A stretch of 64,000 nucleotides of DNA from Alphaproteobacteria bacterium. Its GTDB lineage: Bacteria > Pseudomonadota > Alphaproteobacteria > G963923945. Position 1 is the stretch's first letter; each line of letters opens with the position of its first letter. Location of the stretch: positions 335,671 to 399,670 of the forward strand of contig OZ000551.1 of assembly GCA_963923945.1 (NCBI GenBank), given 5' to 3'. Made by a program: the position numbers and the translations under genes. Shown here one piece after another: positions 9,727-19,785 of the stretch. Under the pieces are notes generated by a model. That model did not search any database, was not told the DNA's origin, and worked only from the letters and a program-made list of their open reading frames with translations.

Positions 9727-11109
9727 GTGGCAGGACCCCGTTATGTTTGTCAGTTTTGTGGAGCCGGATACGCCAAATGGAGCGGGCGATGCGATTCGTG
9801 CGGGGCCTGGGATGCTATATCGGAAGAGACCCCCCAATCCAACCCACCCATAGGCAGCAAAGCGACCAAATCAGTCGGTAAACCCGGCCATGTGGTCTTT
9901 TCTGATCTTTCCGATTCGGGTGATCAAAAACCCCTGGCACGGCGGCAATCGGGTATCGGCGAGCTGGACCGTGTCTGTGGTGGCGGTTTGGCGGCCGGAT
10001 CAGCCATCCTTGTCGGTGGCGACCCGGGAATCGGTAAATCCACCTTATTGTTACAGTTGGTGGCTGCATTGGCCGATGACGCGGCTTGTGTTTATGTCAC
10101 CGGTGAAGAAGCGATTGATCAAATTCGCCAACGGGCTGGGCGTTTAGGGGCCAAGAACTTAAAAGTTCGGTTGGCCGCCACCGGTGATGTGCGCGGACTG
10201 ATTACCAGCTTAGCGGAGGGAAAACCGCCCGATGTGGTGGTGATTGATTCGATCCAGACCATGTATCTTGATGCTCTGGATGCCGCCCCGGGTACAGTCT
10301 CACAAGTCCGCTCATGCGCTGCAGAAATCATCCGCTTTGCCAAAGCCAGCCGCGCGGTGGTGTTGCTGGTTGGCCATGTCACCAAAGATGGCCAAATCGC
10401 CGGACCGCGGGTGCTTGAACATATGGTGGATACGGTTCTTTATTTTGAGGGTGATCGGGGCCATCAATTCCGCATTTTGCGTGCGGTTAAAAATCGCTAT
10501 GGCGCCACCAATGAAATCGGGGTTTTTGAAATGTCGGATCATGGCTTGGCCGAAGTTGAAAATCCCTCGGCTTTGTTTTTAGCCGAACGCCCAGAAGGGG
10601 TGAGCGGGACCGCAGTCTTTGCCGGTATGGAAGGCAGCCGCCCTCTTCTGACCGAAATTCAAGCCTTGGTCGCCCCAACATCTTTCGGTTCCGCCCGCCG
10701 CACTGTGGTTGGCTGGGATAGCGGGCGGATGGCCATGATTTTGGCGGTTTTGGAGGCCCGCTGCGGCCTGGTTTTAGGGAGTTTTGATGTTTATCTCAAT
10801 GTCGCCGGGGGCCTGCGTTTATCCGAACCGGCGGTTGATCTTGCGGCCGCGGCGGCCATCGTCTCGGCCCAGACCGGCGTTGCCTTACCTGATCATGCGG
10901 TCCTTTTTGGAGAAATTGGCCTATCGGGGGAAATTCGCGGGGTCTCCCACACGCCTGATCGCTTGCGTGAAGCGGCCAAACTCGGCTTTACAACCGCTCT
11001 GGCTCCCCGCCCGCGCCGCCATCATGGCAAAAATATGCCGTTGACTTTGAATAATATATCGCATCTGCGCCAACTGATCACCTTGTTTGAGGGAGGGAAA
11101 ACGGTCTAA
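9727..11109 (+). CDS. radA: DNA repair protein RadA (Sms)
   Basis: N-terminal C4 zinc finger (CQFCGAGYAKWSGRCDSCGAW), RecA-like Walker A (GGDPGIGKST), KNRYG motif, C-terminal Lon-like domain. Confidence 0.95.
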   Translation: MAGPRYVCQFCGAGYAKWSGRCDSCGAWDAISEETPQSNPPIGSKATKSVGKPGHVVFSDLSDSGDQKPLARRQSGIGELDRVCGGGLAAGSAILVGGDPGIGKSTLLLQLVAALADDAACVYVTGEEAIDQIRQRAGRLGAKNLKVRLAATGDVRGLITSLAEGKPPDVVVIDSIQTMYLDALDAAPGTVSQVRSCAAEIIRFAKASRAVVLLVGHVTKDGQIAGPRVLEHMVDTVLYFEGDRGHQFRILRAVKNRYGATNEIGVFEMSDHGLAEVENPSALFLAERPEGVSGTAVFAGMEGSRPLLTEIQALVAPTSFGSARRTVVGWDSGRMAMILAVLEARCGLVLGSFDVYLNVAGGLRLSEPAVDLAAAAAIVSAQTGVALPDHAVLFGEIGLSGEIRGVSHTPDRLREAAKLGFTTALAPRPRRHHGKNMPLTLNNISHLRQLITLFEGGKTV

Positions 11110-11155
11110 AAGGAACACGGCAACCGCCGCCCTTCGCCACCTTAAGAAAACCGTT

Positions 11156-11842
11156 ATGGATAAATTGCCGGCAAATATCGTTGACCTTGTTGTGATAGCC
11201 ATCATGATGCTGTCGGCTCTTTTGGCTTTTTCGCGTGGTTTTACGCGCGAGATTCTCTCAATCACTGGCTGGGTCGCGGCCATTTTTGCAACATTATATG
11301 GTCTTGCCATTATCAGACCTTATGCCCGGGAAGTCATTGCCCATAATCTTTTGGCTGATAGCATCGCCGGGGTGGCGATTTTTGTGATCACCTTGGCCGG
11401 TATTTCCCTGATCAGCGGCATGATCTCACGACGGTTGCGTGAGAGTACGCTTGGGGCACTTGATCGTTCGCTGGGGTTGTTGTTTGGTTTGTTGCGTGGG
11501 GTTGTGTTTGTTTGTCTGGGATATATCTTCATCAACTGGATTCATGAAGAAGAGCGTCCCCCTAATTGGCTGGCTGAGGCCCGCTTTTCACCGGTCCTGG
11601 AAACCGGCGGGCGGTTTCTGCTCTCCTTGGCACCCAAAGGGACAATCCTGGTCAATCAACCACCGGCCAACCAAACAGATCTTTTAGACAGTCTCAGCAC
11701 CCGCCGCGAATCAATACAAAAAGAAGTTGACCGCCTCTCCAACCCCCAGCCTCAACCAGGAAAAACGGCTGAAGAAACCGGTTATAGTCGACAAGAACGC
11801 CAAGAAATGGATCGTCTACATCATAGCCTAGAGAGAAATTAA
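11156..11842 (+). CDS. cvpA: CvpA family membrane protein (colicin V production protein)
   Basis: Start at internal Met (MDKLPANIVDLVVIAIMM). Four predicted TM helices. Conserved radA-cvpA-purF order. Confidence 0.85.
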   Translation: MDKLPANIVDLVVIAIMMLSALLAFSRGFTREILSITGWVAAIFATLYGLAIIRPYAREVIAHNLLADSIAGVAIFVITLAGISLISGMISRRLRESTLGALDRSLGLLFGLLRGVVFVCLGYIFINWIHEEERPPNWLAEARFSPVLETGGRFLLSLAPKGTILVNQPPANQTDLLDSLSTRRESIQKEVDRLSNPQPQPGKTAEETGYSRQERQEMDRLHHSLERN

Positions 11843-13330
11843 ATGGCCTTGGCAACTTTGTTCAATCAACCAACATTCAATCATCGAATCGGTCTGTTGG
11901 GAAACGATAAACTGCAAGAAGAATGCGGTGTTTTCGGAATTTTTGGTCATGTGGATTCGGCGGTGCATACGGCACTCGGCCTGCATGCTTTGCAGCATCG
12001 GGGACAAGAAGCCACCGGCATCGTGAGCTATGACGGGGAAGAATTTCGCGCCCATCGGGCGGTCGGTCTGGTCGGGGATGTGTTTTCACAGCCTGATGTG
12101 ATGCGGCGTCTGAAAGGTCAAGCGGCCATCGGCCACAACCGGTACCCGACCACCGGCGAGCCGATGCTGCGCAATGTCCAGCCGCTATACGCTGATCTGG
12201 GGTTTGGCGGCTTGGCCATTGCCCATAACGGCAATTTGACCAACGCGCTTTCCCTCCGGCGGGAATTGACCCATCACGGCAGCATCTTTCAATCAACCAC
12301 CGATACCGAGGTGATCATCCATCTCATGGCCACCGGTCATGGCGGAGTCACCGACCGCTTGATCAAGGCGGCGCGTTCTTTATATGGTGGTTATGCCTTG
12401 GTGGCTTTGACCAAAGATACCTTATATGGCATGCGCGATCCCTATGGTGTCCGGCCTTTGATTCTGGGCAAACTGGATCAATCTTATATCCTGGCTTCTG
12501 AGACCTGTGCTCTTGATATTATCGGGGCCGACTATATTCGTGATGTCGAACCGGGCGAGATTATTTTCATCGGTCAGGATGGCATGGATAGCGTTCACCC
12601 CTTCCCGCCAATACCCTCAAAACCGTGCCTGTTTGAATATATCTATTTCGCCCGTCCCGATAGCATGATGGGCGGCAAAAGCATTTATGAAACCCGGGTC
12701 AATATGGGGCGGGAACTGGCCCGGGAATGCGGTGTCCCGGCCGATGTGGTCTGCCCGGTTCCCGATTCTGGAACCCCGGCGGCGATTGGCTATGCCGAGC
12801 AGGCCAATATATCTTTTGATCTCGGCATCATCCGCAATCATTATGTGGGACGGACATTTATTGAGCCGAGTGATGAAATCCGCCATCTTGGGGTGCGTTT
12901 GAAACATAACGCCAATCGCGGACCCTTATCGGGTCAGCGGGTGGTCTTGGTCGATGATAGTATTGTTCGTGGCACCACCGCCACCAAAATTGTCCAAATG
13001 GTGCGTGAAGCCGGGGCCAGAGAGGTCCATATGCGCATCGCCAGCCCACCAATCAAATACCCGGATTATTATGGCATTGATACACCATCGCATCAGGAAT
13101 TGCTGGCCGCCAATCATAGCGTTGATGAAATGGAGCGGTATATTGGTGTCGATAGCCTGGGTTTTATTTCTCTTGATGGTCTCTATCGTGCTCTGGGAGC
13201 CAAAAAACGCAACGATCAAGAGCCACAATATACCGATCATTATTTCACCGGTGATTACCCGATTCCCCTCATCGACCTGACCCAAGGTGGGCCATCAGCT
13301 CAACTCTCTTTCCTCAAGGAGACCGGTTGA
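11843..13330 (+). CDS. purF: amidophosphoribosyltransferase
   Basis: Ntn-glutaminase active-site CGVFGIFGH preceded by a short propeptide. PRTase PRPP-binding motif (VVLVDDSIVRGTT). Confidence 0.95.
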   Translation: MALATLFNQPTFNHRIGLLGNDKLQEECGVFGIFGHVDSAVHTALGLHALQHRGQEATGIVSYDGEEFRAHRAVGLVGDVFSQPDVMRRLKGQAAIGHNRYPTTGEPMLRNVQPLYADLGFGGLAIAHNGNLTNALSLRRELTHHGSIFQSTTDTEVIIHLMATGHGGVTDRLIKAARSLYGGYALVALTKDTLYGMRDPYGVRPLILGKLDQSYILASETCALDIIGADYIRDVEPGEIIFIGQDGMDSVHPFPPIPSKPCLFEYIYFARPDSMMGGKSIYETRVNMGRELARECGVPADVVCPVPDSGTPAAIGYAEQANISFDLGIIRNHYVGRTFIEPSDEIRHLGVRLKHNANRGPLSGQRVVLVDDSIVRGTTATKIVQMVREAGAREVHMRIASPPIKYPDYYGIDTPSHQELLAANHSVDEMERYIGVDSLGFISLDGLYRALGAKKRNDQEPQYTDHYFTGDYPIPLIDLTQGGPSAQLSFLKETG

Positions 13331-13397
13331 TCATGACGGCCGATGGGATGATGAATAAACCGGCCCAGCTCTCTTTTCTCAAGGAGACCGGATCAAT

Positions 13398-14105
13398 ATG
13401 AATAAACGATTGCAAGGACGCATCGCGGTGGTGACCGGTGCTTCACGGGGCATCGGTATGGCGGTGGCCACAGCTCTGGGGGCTGAGGGCGCCCATGTGG
13501 TTTTGATTGCCCGCACCCAAGGCGGTTTGGAAGAGGCCGCCGATGCCATTGAAGCCCAAGGCGGAACCACAACCCTCACCCCGATGGATTTGACTGATTT
13601 TCCAGCCATTGACCGTCTAGGGGCGGCGATGGCCGAGCGGCATGGTCATATTGATATTTTGATTGGCAATGCCGGGGCGTTGGGCGTGCTCAGCCCGACC
13701 GGGCATGTTGATCCACCGGTTTGGGAGAACACGTTCAACGTTAATTTTCACGCAAATTGGCGGCTCATTCGCAGCTTGGACCCGTTGCTGCGTCAATCGG
13801 ATGCCGGGCGGCTCCTGTTCACCAGCCTGACCTGTGGTTTTCGTGCCTTGCCGTATTGGAGTGCCTATGCCTGTGGCAAGGCGGCTCTCGATATGCTGGT
13901 CAAGACCTATGCCCGGGAAGTCGCCAAAACCCCGATTCGGGCCAATTTGATGGACCCGGGTTCTGTGGCCACCCAATTAAGGCGGCAAGCCTTTCCGGGG
14001 GCTGATTTTTCGGGTCTCAGCCAACCGGATGATGTGGCTCCGGCTTTTGTTGAGGCGGTTTTGCCCAGCTTCAATCAAACTGGAAAAAATCTCAAAGCCT
14101 ATTGA
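13398..14105 (+). CDS. short-chain dehydrogenase/reductase (SDR family oxidoreductase)
   Basis: TGxxxGIG cofactor motif (VVTGASRGIGMAVA), NAG motif (IGNAG), catalytic YxxxK (YACGK). Confidence 0.85.
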   Translation: MNKRLQGRIAVVTGASRGIGMAVATALGAEGAHVVLIARTQGGLEEAADAIEAQGGTTTLTPMDLTDFPAIDRLGAAMAERHGHIDILIGNAGALGVLSPTGHVDPPVWENTFNVNFHANWRLIRSLDPLLRQSDAGRLLFTSLTCGFRALPYWSAYACGKAALDMLVKTYAREVAKTPIRANLMDPGSVATQLRRQAFPGADFSGLSQPDDVAPAFVEAVLPSFNQTGKNLKAY

Positions 14106-14174
14106 CCCTCTGTTTGTAAAACCGCATGTTCACAACATTGCATGTTTGTAACAGCCTGCTGATCTATTGGCTGC

Positions 14175-15605
14175 TCAAGAAGGGCTGCCAAACATTTCAT
14201 CGGTCATGCTGTCATACCAACCCTGGGCATAGCGTGCCTCGGCGGCCCGAAATTTTGGCCCGGCATCGAGTGGGCTGACACCGCCGGCCCCACTCACGGC
14301 AACAATGCCGTTTTCTGTGGCCCGATACATCCCAGCAATTGAGATCCCATAATCGGGCGCCAACATACTGTAGCAGGTATTGGCAAAAACCGGCTCCAAA
14401 ACCGGTCGGTCATTGAGCAAGGCAACCAAAGCCGCCGCACAAGCCTTGGCTTGACTATTGGCCGAAAAACCTGATTTTGGCATGGCATCAGGGATGATGC
14501 TGTCACCGGCCAAATGAATACCCTCAACCAACCGCGATTGCAGGGTATAGGCATCCACCGGGCACCAACCATCGTCTTCCGCCAAACCGGATTGCACAGC
14601 AATCGCACCAGCTTGCTGAGGCGGGATCACATTGACCACATCACCGCGAATTTTACCCCCACCGTCGGTGATGACGCTGCGTGAATCCGGTTCAACCGCG
14701 ACAACCTCGCCACCACGCCGCTTTGGGACCCATTCAATCATACCCGGGTATAAATCATTCCATCCTTGGATAAATAATTTTTTCTTGGTGAATGTATCTT
14801 TGGCATCAAGAATGAGAATTTTCGAATTTGGCTTATGACGGCTGAGATAGTAAGCGATACAGGCGGCCCGCTCATAGGGGGCGGGTGGACAACGATACGG
14901 ATATTCAGGGACCGTGATGATCACCAAGCCGCCGTCTTCCATGGTCCGTAATTGATCGGTCAATAACAGGGTTTGCGGGCCAGCCTCCCAAGCATGGGGC
15001 ATCACCTCTGCGGCGGCTTGGTCATAACCGGGAAGACCATCCCAGACCATATCAATCCCCGGTGCGACCATAAGACGATCATAAGGAATATTCTGACCGT
15101 CCTGCATCCGGACACGCCGATGGTCATGGTCAATCCCTAAGACGGTGCCGTAAACCATATCAACCCCGCGCGCGGCCAGACCCTGATAATCATGTCGAAT
15201 ATCCCGCATGCGACGAAAACCGCCGATGATATAATTGCTGAACGGACAAGTGAGATAAATTTTTTTCCGGTTGATCAGGGTGACCGTAATCGATGGGTCC
15301 CATTGGCGCAGATAACGGGCCGCGGTTGCCCCGGCAAAACCACCACCGATAATCACCACCCGGGGCCGCGCGCCCACGCCGCATCCCTTAAGAAAAGGCA
15401 ACGCCGCCGCCGCCAGACCCAGGAAACGACGGCGCCCTAAAGACCCGTGAAGAGGTCGAGAACAAGAAAGACCTTGAGAATAAGGGAAACTATGAGAACG
15501 AGAAAAACCACCAGATCTGAGAAAAGAGCGGGGTTTCTTCTGCGTACTGTTGACCGGCATAACCGATGGTGATGACAAAGCCTTCTTAAGCATTGGGGCA
15601 AACAC
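14175..15605 (-). CDS. fccB: flavocytochrome c sulfide dehydrogenase, FAD-binding flavoprotein subunit (FccB/SoxF-like) with Tat signal
   Basis: Twin-arginine motif RRRFLGLAAAALP followed by FAD dinucleotide fold (VVIIGGGFAGATAARYL). Second Rossmann region (ILILDAKD). Immediately preceded by a small c-type cytochrome gene. N-terminal start is uncertain (long leader). Confidence 0.8.
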   Translation of the reverse strand: MFAPMLKKALSSPSVMPVNSTQKKPRSFLRSGGFSRSHSFPYSQGLSCSRPLHGSLGRRRFLGLAAAALPFLKGCGVGARPRVVIIGGGFAGATAARYLRQWDPSITVTLINRKKIYLTCPFSNYIIGGFRRMRDIRHDYQGLAARGVDMVYGTVLGIDHDHRRVRMQDGQNIPYDRLMVAPGIDMVWDGLPGYDQAAAEVMPHAWEAGPQTLLLTDQLRTMEDGGLVIITVPEYPYRCPPAPYERAACIAYYLSRHKPNSKILILDAKDTFTKKKLFIQGWNDLYPGMIEWVPKRRGGEVVAVEPDSRSVITDGGGKIRGDVVNVIPPQQAGAIAVQSGLAEDDGWCPVDAYTLQSRLVEGIHLAGDSIIPDAMPKSGFSANSQAKACAAALVALLNDRPVLEPVFANTCYSMLAPDYGISIAGMYRATENGIVAVSGAGGVSPLDAGPKFRAAEARYAQGWYDSMTDEMFGSPS

Positions 15606-15953
15606 TCACGGCCCAGGATGAGAGGGCTGGGCGGCGAAATAGGTAGCCAAGGCGATGATATCCTCATCAGAAAAAGCAACCATGAACCGTTTCATAATCG
15701 TCCAGGGATGCGGGCCATCACGGAAGGCATAAAGATCGGCTGCCAATTCATCAAAAGGGCGTCCGGCCAAAGACGGAATCGGGCCCGGGCTGACGCCACC
15801 AGGACCATGGCAACCGGTACAGGTCAAAGCCAATGTCTCAACCCCCGGCCCATCAATATGGTGCCGGTCAAAAATCGCCGCTGGAGGCCACAGAAACAAC
15901 CAGAACAAAACCGCTGCCGCCAAACCAAAGAAGGCAACATTTTTACCCATCAT
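15606..15953 (-). CDS. fccA: mono-haem cytochrome c subunit of flavocytochrome c sulfide dehydrogenase (FccA-like)
   Basis: Signal/TM segment (VAFFGLAAAVLFWLFLW) and a single CxxCH (CTGCHGP). Its stop abuts the fccB start. Confidence 0.7.
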   Translation of the reverse strand: MMGKNVAFFGLAAAVLFWLFLWPPAAIFDRHHIDGPGVETLALTCTGCHGPGGVSPGPIPSLAGRPFDELAADLYAFRDGPHPWTIMKRFMVAFSDEDIIALATYFAAQPSHPGP

Positions 15954-16081
15954 CCTCACCCTATCCATACCGGTGATTGGATGCGATTGTCTCTTCAACC
16001 CGATGGTTGGAATTGTTGCTCATCATCGCCTCAGCATTCCTTTGCTGTTGTTTCATGATGATTGGGCCGATCCCTATACGA

Positions 16082-17458
16082 TTATATATAGGGGTTTTTG
16101 CCTTTTTTGAGACGTAAGCGCAACGGTGTCCCCCAAAGACCAAAATCCCGACGCAACCCATTGATCAAAAAACGCTGATAACCGACCGGCACCATATCCG
16201 GGCGGTTGACGAATAACGCAAAGCTGGGCGGGTGAGTCTTGATTTGAGTGATATAGCGAGGCTTGACACGGCGACCATCGCCAGCAAGAGGAGGATCATG
16301 ATGAGCCATCTGGTCATTCAACCAATCATTGAGTCGGGCGGTCGGGATACGGACTCCCCAAGTTTCATAAGTCTGCACAACCGCCGGGCCCAGCTCTTGA
16401 ACCCCTTGCCCATGCAACGCCGATAGCGCCAAGACAGTCACACCGCGCATCTGCGGAAAGGATTGATCAAGACGCTCACGGATGGTGGCCAGAACTTCTG
16501 AACCTTCATTCAGGCAGTCGATTTTATTGACCACCACAATCATCGCCCGACCTTCCTTGGCAATATGCTGAGCAATTCTTAAATCTTGCCGATCCAACTG
16601 CCTTTCACCATCAAGCACCAGAACCGCGACCTGACATAAACGGATAGCTCTTTGCGCCTCACCAACCGCGGCCCGTTCCAAGGGATCGGTCATCCGGGTT
16701 CGCCGACGCATACCGGCTGTATCAATCAATAGCACATCACGATTATTGAAACGATGGGGCAAACGAACAGCATCACGAGTCAAACCCGGCTGGGCACCGG
16801 TGAGCAAGCGGGAATAGCCAAGAAGCCGGTTAATCAGGGTTGATTTTCCGGCATTCGGACGCCCAACAACCGCAATCCGAATCGGGGTGGCTGTATCGAA
16901 AGGGTCAGCCATATCAAGACCATCTTGACGATCCGTCAGCAGGCCGTTGTCAGACTGGTCTTCCCCAAGCAAGCTGAAGAGACGGCGATACAGGTCGATG
17001 ATTCCATCCCCATGCTCAGCCGAAACTGCAATCACATCACCAAGCCCCAAAGCGTTGATTTCATGCAGCCCATCGGGAGCTTGGCGGCCCTCACATTTAT
17101 TGGCCACCGGTAACAGAGGTATGCCGAATTTACGCAAAACCTGTAGAGATTCCCTCTCAAGAGCGGTCACCCCAACCCGGGCGTCCAAGACAAAAAGAGC
17201 GGCATTCGACTCGCTAAGAGCGATCTCTGTTTGCTCACGCATGCGTTTGGCGACCACATCATCGGTCCCCACTTCCCCCAGACCCGCAGTGTCAATGATA
17301 CGGATCGGGATATCATCAATCAAAGCCCTGGCTTCACGCCGATCACGGGTGACGCCAGGGCGATCATGAACCAAGGCCAAACGTTGGCCAACCAAACGGT
17401 TAAATAAAGTCGATTTGCCAACATTGGGGCGGCCAATTATGGCAAGCGTGAAGGGCAT
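16082..17458 (-). CDS. der: ribosome-biogenesis GTPase Der (EngA), tandem GTPase domains
   Basis: Two G-domains with GxxxxGKS (IIGRPNVGKSTLFN and VVGRPNAGKSTLIN), DTAG motifs, C-terminal KH-like domain. Confidence 0.95.
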   Translation of the reverse strand: MPFTLAIIGRPNVGKSTLFNRLVGQRLALVHDRPGVTRDRREARALIDDIPIRIIDTAGLGEVGTDDVVAKRMREQTEIALSESNAALFVLDARVGVTALERESLQVLRKFGIPLLPVANKCEGRQAPDGLHEINALGLGDVIAVSAEHGDGIIDLYRRLFSLLGEDQSDNGLLTDRQDGLDMADPFDTATPIRIAVVGRPNAGKSTLINRLLGYSRLLTGAQPGLTRDAVRLPHRFNNRDVLLIDTAGMRRRTRMTDPLERAAVGEAQRAIRLCQVAVLVLDGERQLDRQDLRIAQHIAKEGRAMIVVVNKIDCLNEGSEVLATIRERLDQSFPQMRGVTVLALSALHGQGVQELGPAVVQTYETWGVRIPTARLNDWLNDQMAHHDPPLAGDGRRVKPRYITQIKTHPPSFALFVNRPDMVPVGYQRFLINGLRRDFGLWGTPLRLRLKKGKNPYI

Positions 17459-17497
17459 CTTGATCAAACATTATGGCGCACAGGAAGCAAAGCCTGG

Positions 17498-18880
17498 TCA
17501 GCGCAAAGCAAAAAGATCGGCTGTTTCATCAAGCAGAACAACTGTTTCTTGCGCAATCGAGGGCGTTAGCGCCACAGGACCAGAGATTTTTGCGATACCC
17601 AAAGGTCGTCCCGTATAAGGGGAAATAGAGAGGATTTCACCATGCGTGCCGACCATGATCAAACGATCACCAGCCAACAAAGGACCATGCCAAACAATCC
17701 GATCTTCACGATCTTCCATATCCTCAAAAAGCTGCAGGCCGACCCCCCAAACAGTGCTGCCATCAACCACTTTTAGGCATAACAACTGCCCGCTATTGGT
17801 CAAAACAAAAAGATAGTCCCCGGCAACCCAGGGGGTCTGGATACCACCGATATTCCGCTCCCATAAGCGCAATCCACTGCGTACATCCAATGCCACCATA
17901 CGCCCGGAATGGGATATAACAAAAACCCGATTGTCGCTGATCACCGGCAACCCCGCAATGTCCGCAATCGAGGACAACGCATCAAAACGATCGACCGCAC
18001 CCAGATTCTCTCGCCACAATTCGCGGCCACTGGCGGCCCGCAAAGCATAAATCTCACCAGAAGAATACGGCAGAATAATCACACCCTCAGCCACAGCCGG
18101 GCTTGTACCACCGAGAATGCTGGCAATTTCAGCGACCCCAACATGCGACCACAGACGCTCCCCAGTATTTTCGTCAAGAGCAAAAACCTGGTTATCAATG
18201 GTAACAACAAAAACCAGACCTTGGTTAACGGTCGGGGCAGCCCGCATCGGTCCGGGAAGCTCGGCCCGCCATATTTCTTCACCACTGGCCGCGTCAAGAG
18301 CAATGGCATAAGCAAAACCTGTTGTCGCAAAAACACGCCCCTTGTCATAAGCCAAGCCGCCACCAAAAGTCTCTTCTTCATCAAGATCCGAACCACTGTC
18401 AATCGACCATAATTGAGCACCGGTTGCAAAATCAAAGGCACTGATTTCGGACTCGGCATCAATGACATAGACCCGCCCGTCGCCAATGATTGGACGGGCC
18501 AAAAGACGCCGCTCAGAACTTGATCCCTCCCCGATATTCACTTGCCATTGCTTTAATAACGGCCCAGAAGCCGCCAAATGACCCATAGCACGACTGGCCG
18601 ACCCCCCTTCTTGCGGCCAGGAAGGATTGACCACCGGCCGCGGCAAAACAACCCGGGCCGGAGACGGATTCAAAGAGGGTGACCCAGCAACAAGGTCATC
18701 GGTTTTGGTTAAAACCGCTATACGTTCACCAGGCAGGATACGCTCATCTTCGTTGCCAAAAACTCCGTCAAACAAGTCACAAGCCGCAAGCATCACACAA
18801 GAGACTACAGCCACCAAAATGACCGATGATCGCTTTTGCCACCGCAAGCAATCAATGACTGAACCCTCAAGATTCATCAT
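17498..18880 (-). CDS. bamB: outer-membrane protein assembly factor BamB (PQQ-like beta-propeller lipoprotein)
   Basis: Lipoprotein signal (VVSCVMLAAC) at the internal Met start. Repeated beta-propeller blades (VYVIDAESEISAFD, VFVVTIDNQVFALD, VFVISHSGRMVALD). Conserved position immediately upstream of der. Confidence 0.8.
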   Translation of the reverse strand: MMNLEGSVIDCLRWQKRSSVILVAVVSCVMLAACDLFDGVFGNEDERILPGERIAVLTKTDDLVAGSPSLNPSPARVVLPRPVVNPSWPQEGGSASRAMGHLAASGPLLKQWQVNIGEGSSSERRLLARPIIGDGRVYVIDAESEISAFDFATGAQLWSIDSGSDLDEEETFGGGLAYDKGRVFATTGFAYAIALDAASGEEIWRAELPGPMRAAPTVNQGLVFVVTIDNQVFALDENTGERLWSHVGVAEIASILGGTSPAVAEGVIILPYSSGEIYALRAASGRELWRENLGAVDRFDALSSIADIAGLPVISDNRVFVISHSGRMVALDVRSGLRLWERNIGGIQTPWVAGDYLFVLTNSGQLLCLKVVDGSTVWGVGLQLFEDMEDREDRIVWHGPLLAGDRLIMVGTHGEILSISPYTGRPLGIAKISGPVALTPSIAQETVVLLDETADLFALR

Positions 18881-18893
18881 CACCAAAACGCAA

Positions 18894-19562
18894 TCATTCG
18901 GCCTGATGAACACCCAGAAGCGATAACATATCTTGGGCCCGAGCATAAATCCCCTGAGGGGTCAAGGAATCATCAATCAGCTGTTCAAAGATCTCAATCT
19001 GGAGAGTCCGATTGCCCTCACGCCCGGCCAGATAGGCCAGAAACTCACGGGCCGAAAAACGCCAAGGAGAGTTTTCAGCCGCCAGAGGCTCCAAAATCGC
19101 CCGCAATTCATCCGGATCGGCCGTATCCAACTCAACCATCGCCCGCAGCAATGTGGCCAAATCACGTAAAGATGAGTCATCGGTCTCATCCAATGACTGC
19201 AGATACAAACCAGACGCTGCATCCGCTTGCTGGTCATCAGCCAGGAGAGCCGCCTCTTGCATCATCGCCAATGTTGCGTATCCAGATCCTGGTGTGGCTT
19301 CGGCGGCCAGTTGCGAAAATTGCTCAGCAGCCAAGCGGGTGTTCCCTTCCGCAGCCAACTGCATAGCGATTGCGTAACGCTCTCCCCATGCGCGATCGCG
19401 CGCCTCACGATAAGACTGCCAACCAACCGCACCGCTGGTGGCAAGAATGACGAAGGCCGCCACCCCAATCACATAAGGCGCAACCAGTTTCCAGAGTTTA
19501 AGACGCTGCTCCTTCTTAAATTCCTCACTGACTTCACGCAAAAATTGATCACTCTCAGACAC
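18894..19562 (-). CDS. YfgM-like tetratricopeptide-repeat membrane protein (single N-terminal TM)
   Basis: N-terminus (FLREVSEEFKKEQRLKLWKLVAPYVIGVAAFVILA) with one TM, then Ala/Leu-rich TPR-like helices. Conserved upstream partner of bamB. Confidence 0.7.
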   Translation of the reverse strand: MSESDQFLREVSEEFKKEQRLKLWKLVAPYVIGVAAFVILATSGAVGWQSYREARDRAWGERYAIAMQLAAEGNTRLAAEQFSQLAAEATPGSGYATLAMMQEAALLADDQQADAASGLYLQSLDETDDSSLRDLATLLRAMVELDTADPDELRAILEPLAAENSPWRFSAREFLAYLAGREGNRTLQIEIFEQLIDDSLTPQGIYARAQDMLSLLGVHQAE

Positions 19563-19785
19563 GTCAAACCCTCAAAAACAGTGATGGATGAATAGCGATT
19601 GATTGAATGGATGGGTCGAAAACACAGTCGAAAACATAGTCTATGTATTCATGCTATATATTCATGGTCAGGAGATACAGCAATGACACAAGAGATTCCC
19701 AAACCGCTCCCCAACCAATATCTTGGCTATGAAACGGCGTTGTCACTGAACCCGAGAAGGGCAAAAAAACAAGGAAAATCATGGG

